Shown here one piece after another: positions 56,143 through 64,000 of a stretch of DNA of 64,000 nucleotides. Both the position numbers and the translations under genes were made by a program. Origin of the DNA: Rhodospirillaceae bacterium (GTDB lineage Bacteria > Pseudomonadota > Alphaproteobacteria > Rhodospirillales > UBA2165); contig CANIGJ010000003.1 of NCBI GenBank assembly GCA_947467145.1, forward strand, positions 79,065 to 143,064. Reading direction: 5' to 3'. Within the stretch, counting starts at the first letter, position 1. Each line of letters begins with the position of its first letter. The notes beneath the pieces were generated by a model. The model did not search any database and was not told where the DNA came from. It saw only the letters and a list, made by a program, of their open reading frames with translations.

Positions 56143-57543
56143 TTATTCGATCGCTTCGCCCATGCGTACGAACAGGCCGGGCGGCAATTTGGTCGTGTGA
56201 TCGCCGCGTGCGCGGTCGAGCTGCTTTTGCGAAAGATTGATGCCGGTGACATCCGCACCGCGTAGATCGACGCCCAAAAGATTGGCGCCCGAAAAATCGG
56301 CCCCGGTCAGTACCGCGCCGCGCATATCCGCGCCCGCCAGATCGCTGCCTTGCAGGCCGGTTTCCGCCAGCTGCGCGAATTGCAGATCGGCATGGCGGAT
56401 CTTGGCGCCAGCCATTTGCGCCTGATTGAGCACCGTCTGCGACAGGATGGCGTTCCGCATATCGGCGTCGATCAGCACGCAATTGCTGAGATCGGCATTC
56501 GACAGATCGGTGCCGCGCATATTCGCCTTGGCGAGATTCTGCCCCGACAGTGAAACGCCCGACAGCGACATTCCTTCGAGATTGGCTTTCGCACCTTGCG
56601 CCCCGTTGCTGCTGATCCACAATTGGTGCTGCTCGATCACGGCGGCGACGTTGAACTCAGGTTCCTTGTCGGACTCCTTGGCGTCGGGCGCTGCGGCCAG
56701 TTCCATCGGCTCTTCGTCGCGCGCTTTTTTCTTCGCCGGTTCGTCGACCAGCGCTTGTTCGGTGCGCTTCGGCTTGGCGGGTACGGGCGCATCGTCCACC
56801 AAACTCTGTTTGGTTTTCGCCGCCGGAGGCGGCGTATCATCTATGAGCGAGACGCGAACTTTCTCTTTGGGTGCGGGGGTGTCCAAGCCTTCGATCTTGC
56901 CGCTGGCGGGTTTGGCCGCAATGGGCCCAGTCTCGATGCTGCCGCCGCCCGATTTGGGGGCAACCTTGGCGCCGACCGGCCCGGCCATGCTGATCAGCGG
57001 GATCGCATCACGCGACAATTTCGGCGTGGCGCCATAACCGCCGCGTGTCGGCGTGCGCCGGCGTTCGGGGTCGTGCTTGGTGGCCGCACCCTGCGCGCGC
57101 CGCTCCGGCCCCAGATATTGTCCGCCCATGACAAAAGGCACGGGGCTTTCAAAGATGCGCACGATGGCACGCGACAGCGCATCGGGCGACAGCGGCTTAC
57201 GTACGATGGCATGGCAGCCGACGTCGACCAGTTTGCCGCTGAGGCCGCCGCTGAAATCTTGCGCCACAAACATGACGAGCGTTCCGGCCGGCGCCGGCGT
57301 TTGGCCGGCGCGCACGCGGCGGACGAAATTGATGCCGGCCGCACCGCCGATGCGTCCGTCGACGATGATGAGTGCGGGAATGAACTTGTCCATGCGGTTG
57401 AGTGCTTCGCCGGGTGCGGCGCAACCCAGGAACTGCGCGCCGGGCAGGGCGGCGACGGCGGCTTGCAGCAGGGCATGGAACGTTCGGTCCGCGTCTATCA
57501 GCAGAATGCGCAGGGCCGGAATGGCAATGGAGATTTCGGACAT
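56143..57543 (-). CDS. CheY-like receiver domain - Pro/Lys-rich linker - pentapeptide-repeat protein
   Basis: N-terminal REC (LLIDAD, ALIIVDGR, VRKPL). Arg-rich GPERR...DPERRR segment. Repeated SL(I/V)DD.P.PAK linker. About 130-aa C-terminal A(D/N)LxX pentapeptide repeats. Confidence 0.8.
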   Translation of the reverse strand: MSEISIAIPALRILLIDADRTFHALLQAAVAALPGAQFLGCAAPGEALNRMDKFIPALIIVDGRIGGAAGINFVRRVRAGQTPAPAGTLVMFVAQDFSGGLSGKLVDVGCHAIVRKPLSPDALSRAIVRIFESPVPFVMGGQYLGPERRAQGAATKHDPERRRTPTRGGYGATPKLSRDAIPLISMAGPVGAKVAPKSGGGSIETGPIAAKPASGKIEGLDTPAPKEKVRVSLIDDTPPPAAKTKQSLVDDAPVPAKPKRTEQALVDEPAKKKARDEEPMELAAAPDAKESDKEPEFNVAAVIEQHQLWISSNGAQGAKANLEGMSLSGVSLSGQNLAKANMRGTDLSNADLSNCVLIDADMRNAILSQTVLNQAQMAGAKIRHADLQFAQLAETGLQGSDLAGADMRGAVLTGADFSGANLLGVDLRGADVTGINLSQKQLDRARGDHTTKLPPGLFVRMGEAIE

Positions 57544-57616
57544 TAGTTCATTTCAACCGAGGTGCTGGCGGAGTTCAAGCGAACAACACCGAGGATCAGA
57601 TCGCGAACAAAAAAGA

Positions 57617-58036
57617 TTATTCGCCGACAAGGTGCAAGGTCACCTGACGACGATGCGGCTGGGTGCGATGCTCGAACAGATAAATCCCCTGCCAGGTGCC
57701 CAGCAGTGGTTTGCCTTTGCCCACCGGCACGTTGAGCGAGGTCGCGGTCAGAGCACTTTTGACGTGCGCGGGCATGTCGTCGGGGCCTTCCGCGGTATGT
57801 TGGAATAGGGGATCGCCGTTCGGCACGAGGCGGCGGAAGAAACGCTGCAGATCGTCCATGACCTGCGGATCGGCATTTTCCTGGATCACCAGCGAGGCCG
57901 AGGTATGGCGCGAGAAGAGGGTAAGCAAACCGGTCGTGATGTCCTGGCCTGCCGTCCACCGCGCCACCGCGTCGGTGAATTCGTAGAGGCCGGGTCCTTC
58001 GGTTGCGATTGTCACCGTCTCCTGCGCTTGCCGCAT
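57617..58036 (-). CDS. YjbQ/UPF0047 family protein (secondary thiamine-phosphate synthase-like)
   Basis: 139 aa. Motifs HTSASLVIQENADP and DDMPAHVKS. Confidence 0.85.
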   Translation of the reverse strand: MRQAQETVTIATEGPGLYEFTDAVARWTAGQDITTGLLTLFSRHTSASLVIQENADPQVMDDLQRFFRRLVPNGDPLFQHTAEGPDDMPAHVKSALTATSLNVPVGKGKPLLGTWQGIYLFEHRTQPHRRQVTLHLVGE

Positions 58037-58061
58037 GATCGGTGGCCTTTCGGATACGGGG

Positions 58062-58526
58062 TTAGGCGGCGCGGCTCGCGGTTTGTTCGGTGAGCAGCGC
58101 GTACAGGGCCTCGGGCGTATCGGAGCCGCGCAACTTGTCGCAGATCTTCTTGTCGCGCAGCAGGCGCGAGATGCGCGCGAGCGCCTTCAGATGATCCGCG
58201 CCGGCGGTTTCGGGCGCCAGCAGCAGGAAAATGAGATCGACTGGGCGCTCGTCGATGGATTCGAAATTCACCGGGCGTTCGAGGCGCGCGAACATGCCGT
58301 ACAGCCGATCGAGCGAGGCGAGCTTGCCATGGGGAATAGCGATGCCGTCGCCGACACCGGTGGTGCCGAGGCGTTCGCGTTCGAGCAGCAAATCGAAAAT
58401 TTCGCGCTCATCCTGTCCGATGGCGGCGGCGACTTTTTTCGACAGCTCCTGAAGCGCCTGTTTCTTGCTCGTCACCTTAAGATTGGCGACGACGCGCTCA
58501 GGCGCGAGGAGATCGCGTATTTCCAT
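58062..58526 (-). CDS. ptsN: PTS-Ntr EIIA (nitrogen regulatory IIA)
   Basis: Trimmed to ATG 58526 (MEIRDLLAPERV). Phosphorylation site GDGIAIPHGKL. Confidence 0.85.
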   Translation of the reverse strand: MEIRDLLAPERVVANLKVTSKKQALQELSKKVAAAIGQDEREIFDLLLERERLGTTGVGDGIAIPHGKLASLDRLYGMFARLERPVNFESIDERPVDLIFLLLAPETAGADHLKALARISRLLRDKKICDKLRGSDTPEALYALLTEQTASRAA

Positions 58527-58687
58527 AAATGCCCTCTTTACTCCGAGCACACCGCCAAAAACGCCATGAAAAGCAACGACGGAGCGGATGGTTCCGGCGG
58601 CTAGATGCATGACACTTGGTGGGAAAGTCGAACTCGGATCAGTACACCCTTTTTGGGTCGTTCCGAACTATCGGTTCACGCCATTTC

Positions 58688-58715
58688 TTAATATCGAAAT
58701 CGCCCCTCGGGCGAT
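58688..58715 (-). terminator. terminator-like hairpin downstream of rpoN
   Basis: On the minus strand, ATCGCCC-GAG-GGGCGAT is followed by TTCGATATT (a weak U-tract). Confidence 0.5.
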
Positions 58716-58789
58716 GGCGGCCGGAAGGTATGCCGGACCCGTTGCGGTGTCAAGTTTGATACTAATTCATTGAGATATAAGGTGTTTTA

Positions 58790-60313
58790 CTAGATGCGCG
58801 CGGCCCGGCGCTTGTCGCGGCGGCGCTGCACCGACGACGGGATGTGCATCGATTCCCGGTATTTGGCGACCGTGCGCCGCGCGATGTCGATGCCGTCCTT
58901 GTTGAGCAATTCGACCAGCTTGTCGTCCGACAGGATGTCGGTCGCCGGCTCGGCGTCGATCAGGATCTTGATGCGGTGACGCACCGCTTCCGCTGAGTGG
59001 GCGGCGCCGCCGTCCGACGAGGCGATGGACGAGGTGAAGAAGTATTTGAGCTCGAAAATGCCGCGCGGCGTATAGATATATTTGTTCGACGTGACGCGAC
59101 TGACGGTCGATTCGTGCATTTCGATCTCATCGGCGATGTCGCGTAGTACCAGCGGCTTCAGATGCTGTACGCCGTGGCGGAAGAACGCGTCTTGCTGCTT
59201 CACCAGCTCGGAGGCGACCTTTAGGATCGTTGTTGCGCGCTGGTGGATCGATTTGACCAGCCAGCTCGCCGACTGGAATTTCTCGGCGACGTATTTACGC
59301 TCTTCCTTGGTGCGGACCGCGTTCGACACTTCGGCATAGTAGTGCTGGTTGATCAGCACGCGCGGCAGCGCATCGGCATTTAGCTCGACGATCCAGCCGC
59401 CGGAATTGCTCGGGCGCATGATCACGTCGGGCACGATGGGCTGGGCCAGTACGTTATCGAAGGCGCGCGCGGGATGGTGGTTGAGTGCCGCGATCTCGTC
59501 GATCATGTCGCGCACGTCATCCTGGTCGACGTGGCACAGTTTCGAGAGCTGCGCGTAATCGTGCAGCTTCATCAGCTCGATATGTTCGAGCAGGGTCTGC
59601 ATCGCGGGATCGAGGCGATCCTTCTCGCGGAGCTGGATTTCCCAGCATTCCTTGAGGTCGCGCGCAAAGATGCCTGGCGGATCGAGCTGCTGCAGTTTCT
59701 TGAGCGTGGCTTCGACGTCCGCGACCGAGCAGCCGAGACGTTCGGCGACGGCGTCGATCTCTTCGGACAGGCGGCCGGAATCGTCGAGCGTATCCGTGAG
59801 GTAGACCGCGATCAGGCGCGCGACCGGATCGTTGATGTCGACGTTGATCTGGTTGAGCAGGTGGTCACGCAAGGAGACGTCCTGCGATACCGTCTGTTCG
59901 AGATTGAAATCGCCCGACGAGAAACGCGAATCGCCGCCCGATCCCCAATCTTGGAACGAGGCGGACTCGAACGACGCATCGGTGAAGCTTTCTTCGTTCG
60001 AGGACGGCTGCGCGTCGCGCGCTGCCGGCTCGTCGTCCCAGACGTTGCCGTAATCGTCCATGTCCATCGAGGCGATGCTTTCGGCATCCTCGTTGGTGCG
60101 GGCATCGGCGGCTTCGATCAGGGCGGGTGGTTCATCGACGGTGGGCGTATTGCCTTCGTCGCGCTCGAGCATGGGATTTTCGGCCAGCTCTTCCTCGACA
60201 TACTCGCGCAGTTCGAGGTTCGACAATTGCAGCAGCTTGATGGCCTGCTGCAATTGCGGCGTCATGACCAACGATTGGCCTTGCCGAATCTCTAAACGGG
60301 GCGAAATCGCCAT
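58790..60313 (-). CDS. rpoN: RNA polymerase sigma-54 factor
   Basis: 507 aa. N-terminal region I LEIRQGQSLVMTPQLQQAIKLLQLS and C-terminal RpoN box ARRTVAKYRE. Confidence 0.95.
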   Translation of the reverse strand: MAISPRLEIRQGQSLVMTPQLQQAIKLLQLSNLELREYVEEELAENPMLERDEGNTPTVDEPPALIEAADARTNEDAESIASMDMDDYGNVWDDEPAARDAQPSSNEESFTDASFESASFQDWGSGGDSRFSSGDFNLEQTVSQDVSLRDHLLNQINVDINDPVARLIAVYLTDTLDDSGRLSEEIDAVAERLGCSVADVEATLKKLQQLDPPGIFARDLKECWEIQLREKDRLDPAMQTLLEHIELMKLHDYAQLSKLCHVDQDDVRDMIDEIAALNHHPARAFDNVLAQPIVPDVIMRPSNSGGWIVELNADALPRVLINQHYYAEVSNAVRTKEERKYVAEKFQSASWLVKSIHQRATTILKVASELVKQQDAFFRHGVQHLKPLVLRDIADEIEMHESTVSRVTSNKYIYTPRGIFELKYFFTSSIASSDGGAAHSAEAVRHRIKILIDAEPATDILSDDKLVELLNKDGIDIARRTVAKYRESMHIPSSVQRRRDKRRAARI

Positions 60314-60324
60314 ACGGGCCGTTC

Positions 60325-61131
60325 CTACAGGCTGAACCGGTCGCCCAGATAGACGCGGCGCACGTCTTCGTTACCGACGATGTCGCCGGGCGAACCTTCC
60401 ATGAGGACCATGCCGTCATGGATGATATAGGCGCGATCGATGATGTCGAGTGTGTCGCGCACATTGTGGTCCGTGATCAGGACGCCGATGCCGCGATCTT
60501 TTAGATGTGAAATCAATTCGCGAATGTCGTTCACCGCGATCGGATCGATGCCGGCCAGCGGTTCGTCCAGCAAGATGAAATGTGGACGCGAGGCCAGGGC
60601 GCGCGCGATTTCGACGCGGCGGCGTTCACCGCCCGACAGCGCCAGCGACGGCGTACGACGCAGATGCGAGATGGAAAATTCGGCGAGCAGCGCTTCGAGC
60701 ATGGCGTCGCGCCGTTCGCGCGACTTCTCCACCACTTCAAGCACGGCGCGGATGTTGCCTTCGACCGTTAGGCCGCGAAAGATCGAGGCTTCCTGCGGCA
60801 GGTAGCCGATACCCAGGCGTGCCCGGCGATACATCGGCAATTGGGTGACGTCCTGGCCGTCGAGCAGGACGGTGCCGTAATCGGGCGCGATCAGGCCCAT
60901 GATCATATAGAAGCAGGTCGTCTTGCCGGCGCCGTTGGGCCCCAGCAGGCCGACGACTTCGCCGCGCTGGATGCTGACCGAGACACCGCGCACCACGGGA
61001 CGTTTGTCGAAGCGTTTGCCGAGATTATGCGCGGTCAGGCCGCGCGTCGATTGCGCGACGAGCATCGGGCGCGCGACACTGCGTTCGCGCCAGCTATCCA
61101 GATCCAACGGTGGAGTCGGAGTTTCGCTCAC
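60325..61131 (-). CDS. lptB: LPS export ABC transporter ATP-binding protein
   Basis: Walker [10 protein letters not shown], signature [15 protein letters not shown] and Walker B FILLDEP. GTG start overlaps the lptA stop (GTGA). Confidence 0.9.
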   Translation of the reverse strand: MSETPTPPLDLDSWRERSVARPMLVAQSTRGLTAHNLGKRFDKRPVVRGVSVSIQRGEVVGLLGPNGAGKTTCFYMIMGLIAPDYGTVLLDGQDVTQLPMYRRARLGIGYLPQEASIFRGLTVEGNIRAVLEVVEKSRERRDAMLEALLAEFSISHLRRTPSLALSGGERRRVEIARALASRPHFILLDEPLAGIDPIAVNDIRELISHLKDRGIGVLITDHNVRDTLDIIDRAYIIHDGMVLMEGSPGDIVGNEDVRRVYLGDRFSL

Positions 61132-61985
61132 TTCGAGGTCGCGCCCTTGGTATTGTTGTTTTTGGCCTGGGATTTATTAGCAGGTTCTCGCTTCTGAGGC
61201 ACGATAATGCCGCGAACCCGTGTATTTTTGGCTAACAGCTTGCTGACCCCGGTTTTCATATTGATTTCAGCGGCATCGCCCTCCAGGTGGGTCTCGCCGC
61301 TGGTGATCTGCACATTGTCGGTCAGGGTCGCGAATTCGGTTTTGACGTTGTAGACGCCCTTGTCGGCGCGCACGACGTCGCGCTCGGTCACGACCACGAC
61401 ATCGTCGAAGGCGCGCACTTCATAGACTTCGGATTTATTGCCGGCGATTTTGCGGAAATACGCCTCCAAGGTCTGGCCATGGAGCTTCTTGCCGTCGTGG
61501 AAGGCGACCGCATTGCCGCGCGCGATCGCCTTTTGGGCTGTCTCGTAATATTCCATCTGCTTGTCGGCCGTCATCAGATCGTTGCCTGAGCGATAGCTGA
61601 CCTTCTTGCCGTAGACCACCATGACCGCCTGCGCCATGTCGTAGACGGCGCTGTCGCCTTCGATGGTTTCGGTGGCCGAGAGAATGCGTACTTTGCCGGA
61701 TGCATCCAGGCGGTGCAGGCTCGAATTGCCCGTCGTGTCGCGTTTGTAATAGGCGCGCAGCACATCGGCGAAGATGGTGGCGCCACCGCGCATCGCGCGG
61801 GCATTGCCGCGCGCGATCAGCACCTCGTTATCCTGCTGCCACTCGATGCCGTTGTCCGCTTCGACCTGAATCGGCGCGTCGTTGGAGCTGGCAAGATCGA
61901 GTGTTTGCGCCTGCGCGTGCGTGGCGAGGAGGCATGAAACAATGGCGCAGAGGCCGAGCCTGCGGACCCAAGACGATCCGGTCAT
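61128..61985 (-). CDS. lptA: LptA/OstA-family periplasmic LPS transport protein
   Basis: Signal peptide plus OstA_N-like beta-jellyroll repeats. Lies between lptC and lptB. Confidence 0.7.
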   Translation of the reverse strand: MTGSSWVRRLGLCAIVSCLLATHAQAQTLDLASSNDAPIQVEADNGIEWQQDNEVLIARGNARAMRGGATIFADVLRAYYKRDTTGNSSLHRLDASGKVRILSATETIEGDSAVYDMAQAVMVVYGKKVSYRSGNDLMTADKQMEYYETAQKAIARGNAVAFHDGKKLHGQTLEAYFRKIAGNKSEVYEVRAFDDVVVVTERDVVRADKGVYNVKTEFATLTDNVQITSGETHLEGDAAEINMKTGVSKLLAKNTRVRGIIVPQKREPANKSQAKNNNTKGATSK

Positions 61986-62716
61986 TGGCGCGGCACGCTG
62001 AAAATCGTCATCCTGGCCTTACCGGTGAACAGCAATCGCTTGCCATCGCCGGCGATGCGAAATCCCTCGGCGTGCAGTTCGCCGAACGGGCCTTGGCCGT
62101 CGACCGGTTTGGTGCCGCTGGCCGTGCCGGTGGTGAAATCCACGTCGGCGGCGGCGGTTTTGAATTCGTAACCGGAATCGTGGAACAAATTCACCGCGCC
62201 CTGCAGTTTGAGCATCTTGCCGGTCTGATCGAAGATGCCGGAATTGGCGGTCAGCATCATGGCGCTGCCGTCGTTCATGCCGAGATCGGCTTTGGGTTGT
62301 TCAAGTTCGACATTGCTGGAACCGAGGCTCGTGCTTTTGGCGAGATCCGCCGTGACGGTGAACGGCTGGTTGCGCCGGTCGGTGCCGACGAAGCGCGCGT
62401 TCACCATGCTGGGCGATTCGCCGCCCGATAATTTGAAACGCGAAAAGCCGATGCTGAATTGGTTGCTGTCGATATGGATCTGCGGCCACAGGATCACGAG
62501 AATGACCAAGCTGAGCGCGACTGTCGGCAGCAGAAACTTCATCGCCAGAACGAACCGGCTGTAGGCGGCACGTTTCGGGCGGGGTCCACGACGTTGCGTG
62601 GTGACGACATCCGCACTCGGCAGCCGATATTCGACGGGCGGGGTCGCGCGCTTGCGAACCTCGTTCAAGATATCACCCGACATGATATCGCTGGGGGCAT
62701 CGTGCGATCCCGTCAC
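61982..62716 (-). CDS. lptC: LPS export periplasmic protein LptC
   Basis: Single N-terminal TM anchor and an LptC-like beta-rich domain. Overlaps the kdsD stop and the lptA start. Confidence 0.7.
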   Translation of the reverse strand: MTGSHDAPSDIMSGDILNEVRKRATPPVEYRLPSADVVTTQRRGPRPKRAAYSRFVLAMKFLLPTVALSLVILVILWPQIHIDSNQFSIGFSRFKLSGGESPSMVNARFVGTDRRNQPFTVTADLAKSTSLGSSNVELEQPKADLGMNDGSAMMLTANSGIFDQTGKMLKLQGAVNLFHDSGYEFKTAAADVDFTTGTASGTKPVDGQGPFGELHAEGFRIAGDGKRLLFTGKARMTIFSVPRQ

Positions 62717-63696
62717 ACCACGCCCGCGCGTAGGCAGTCGTGAATGTGGATCAGGCCGACAGCGCGGCCGCCTTTTTCGGCGACGAACAACGCAGTAATC
62801 TTCATTTCGTTCATCACCGCGACCGCTTCGCTGGCCAGCGCCGTTGGGCGGATGGTGCGCGGGCTTTTGCTCATGATGTCGGCGACCTTGCGGCGCAGCA
62901 GATCGTCGCCCATGTGGCGGCGCAAATCGCCGTCGGTGACGATGCCGGAAAGCTTGCCGTCCGCCCCGACGATGCCGACGCAGCCCAGGCTCTTCGCCGT
63001 CATTTCAGGCAGCACGTCCGCCATTGTCTGGTCGGGACGCGCGACCGGCATGGCATCGCCGGCATGCATCAGGTCGGACACTTTGAGCAGACGCCGACCG
63101 AGCTGACCGCCCGGATGACGCTGCTTGTAATCGTCCATGGTGAAGCCGACGCGTTCCATGAGCACGACGGCGAGCGTGTCGCCGAGCGCCATCATCATGG
63201 TCGTCGATGTCGTCGGCGCCATGCCGATGAAGCAGGCTTCTTCGGCGGCCGGCAGCACGAGGGTGACGTCGGCCTGTTCGACGAACTCGCCGCCGGCATT
63301 GGAGGTGACGAGCACGAGCGGCAGCTTGAAGCGGCGGCTATAGGCGACGACGTCGCCGAGCTCGGCCGTGCTGCCCGAATTGGTGAAGGCGAGAATGCCG
63401 TCTTTATCGCCGATCATGCCGAGATCGCCGTGGCTTGCTTCGCCCGGATGGATGAACATGGCGGGCTTGCCGGTCGACGCCAGGGTCGCCGCGATCTTGT
63501 GGGCGATATGACCGCTTTTGCCCATGCCGGTGACGATGATGCGGCCTTCGACCTTCTCCAGGATATCGACGGCGCGCACGAAGGAGTCATCCAACGCCGC
63601 GGCCATGGCGTCCAAGCCCTCGGCTTCCAGCTTCAGGACGCGCCGCGCGCGTGCCAGCGTATCGCTCAAATCCATATGGGCGGGCGTGCTGTCCAT
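62713..63696 (-). CDS. kdsD: KpsF/GutQ-family arabinose-5-phosphate isomerase
   Basis: SIS domain VTGMGKSGHIAHKIAATL plus two C-terminal CBS domains. Confidence 0.85.
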   Translation of the reverse strand: MDSTPAHMDLSDTLARARRVLKLEAEGLDAMAAALDDSFVRAVDILEKVEGRIIVTGMGKSGHIAHKIAATLASTGKPAMFIHPGEASHGDLGMIGDKDGILAFTNSGSTAELGDVVAYSRRFKLPLVLVTSNAGGEFVEQADVTLVLPAAEEACFIGMAPTTSTTMMMALGDTLAVVLMERVGFTMDDYKQRHPGGQLGRRLLKVSDLMHAGDAMPVARPDQTMADVLPEMTAKSLGCVGIVGADGKLSGIVTDGDLRRHMGDDLLRRKVADIMSKSPRTIRPTALASEAVAVMNEMKITALFVAEKGGRAVGLIHIHDCLRAGVV

Positions 63697-64000
63697 CCGG
63701 TCCTAATCCGATCCTCTGTGTGAGCCCACCGGGCATATACCCCAGGTCGTACATTATTGGGCCATGCCGGGGCGTTCTGTCCGAAACCCGCAGGAATCTG
63801 GCCTCTAGCCCTAGTCCCACTATGCGTCGGCCAAGGCTAAAAATCAATAAAACGGGGCGAAAATGAGGCTAGGGGATTCTACTGGCCCCCATCGGTAACC
63901 TTGGGAGGTCACTAATGGGCGAAGATATCCAGCTCCGGCCAGCCTTCAAGGTCCAGCAGGGCGCGGGCCGGCAGGAATTCGAAGCAGGCCTGGGCCAGGG

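Noticed and set aside
44451-57600. A genomic island integrated at tRNA-Arg.
   Set aside because: There is no integrase, transposase or plasmid/phage gene, no visible direct repeat of the tRNA 3' end, and composition and codon usage look like the rest of the window. This is gene-content variability only.
63912-64000. Truncated ORF at the window edge. It is either a minus-strand C-terminus ...LAQACFEFLPARALLDLEGWPELDIFAH* or a plus-strand start MGEDIQLRPAFKVQQG with SD GGGAGG at 63903.
   Set aside because: Both readings share codon boundaries, so base-composition periodicity cannot separate them. Too little sequence remains to identify a family, so it is left unannotated.

Overview
GC-rich, almost entirely coding chromosomal segment with alphaproteobacterial gene content: 65 CDS calls plus one tRNA. 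I found no rRNA, CRISPR array, transposase, integrase, phage gene or recognisable defence or toxin module. ORF-track starts were trimmed to the start codon that fits the protein family; many track ORFs carry spurious Arg/Ala-rich N-terminal extensions or are antisense shadow ORFs.

Layout:
- 0.2-37 kb is a housekeeping block: aroA-cmk-rpsA-sppA-ihfB-pyrF-trpF, then trpB-trpA-folC, then trxA-addA-addB-murU-amgK-tsaE-PAS kinase-ahcY-ptsH-manX-rapZ-hprK-chvG-chvI, divergent from a GTP-type PEP carboxykinase. From memory this order matches Rhizobiales/Rhodospirillales, apart from a few insertions and replacements listed in the findings.
- 37-44 kb: msrPQ plus an FkbM methyltransferase, polA, a lipoprotein hydrolase and tRNA-Arg(CCG).
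- 44.4-57.6 kb is the least conserved stretch: TRAP transporter genes interleaved with an ABC-type binding protein, AKR, LysR, FMN reductase, several secreted or small unknown proteins, an hsp20 with a ROSE-like RNA thermometer, and an atypical receiver-pentapeptide protein.
- 57.6-63.7 kb is the rpoN locus, kdsD-lptC-lptA-lptB-rpoN-ptsN-yjbQ, apparently lacking hpf.

I do not see a large, clearly novel multi-gene system. The best candidate for something undescribed is the small cluster at 54.4-57.5 kb. It holds a 71-aa Arg-rich micro-protein ending in a FliM-N-terminus-like CheY-docking motif, two translationally coupled unknown proteins, a four-site 11-bp-phased CTGTGRC operator-like array (repeated once at 9.4 kb), and a CheY-like receiver fused to pentapeptide repeats. 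All functional calls rest on motif recognition and remembered synteny. No searches or computations were run.
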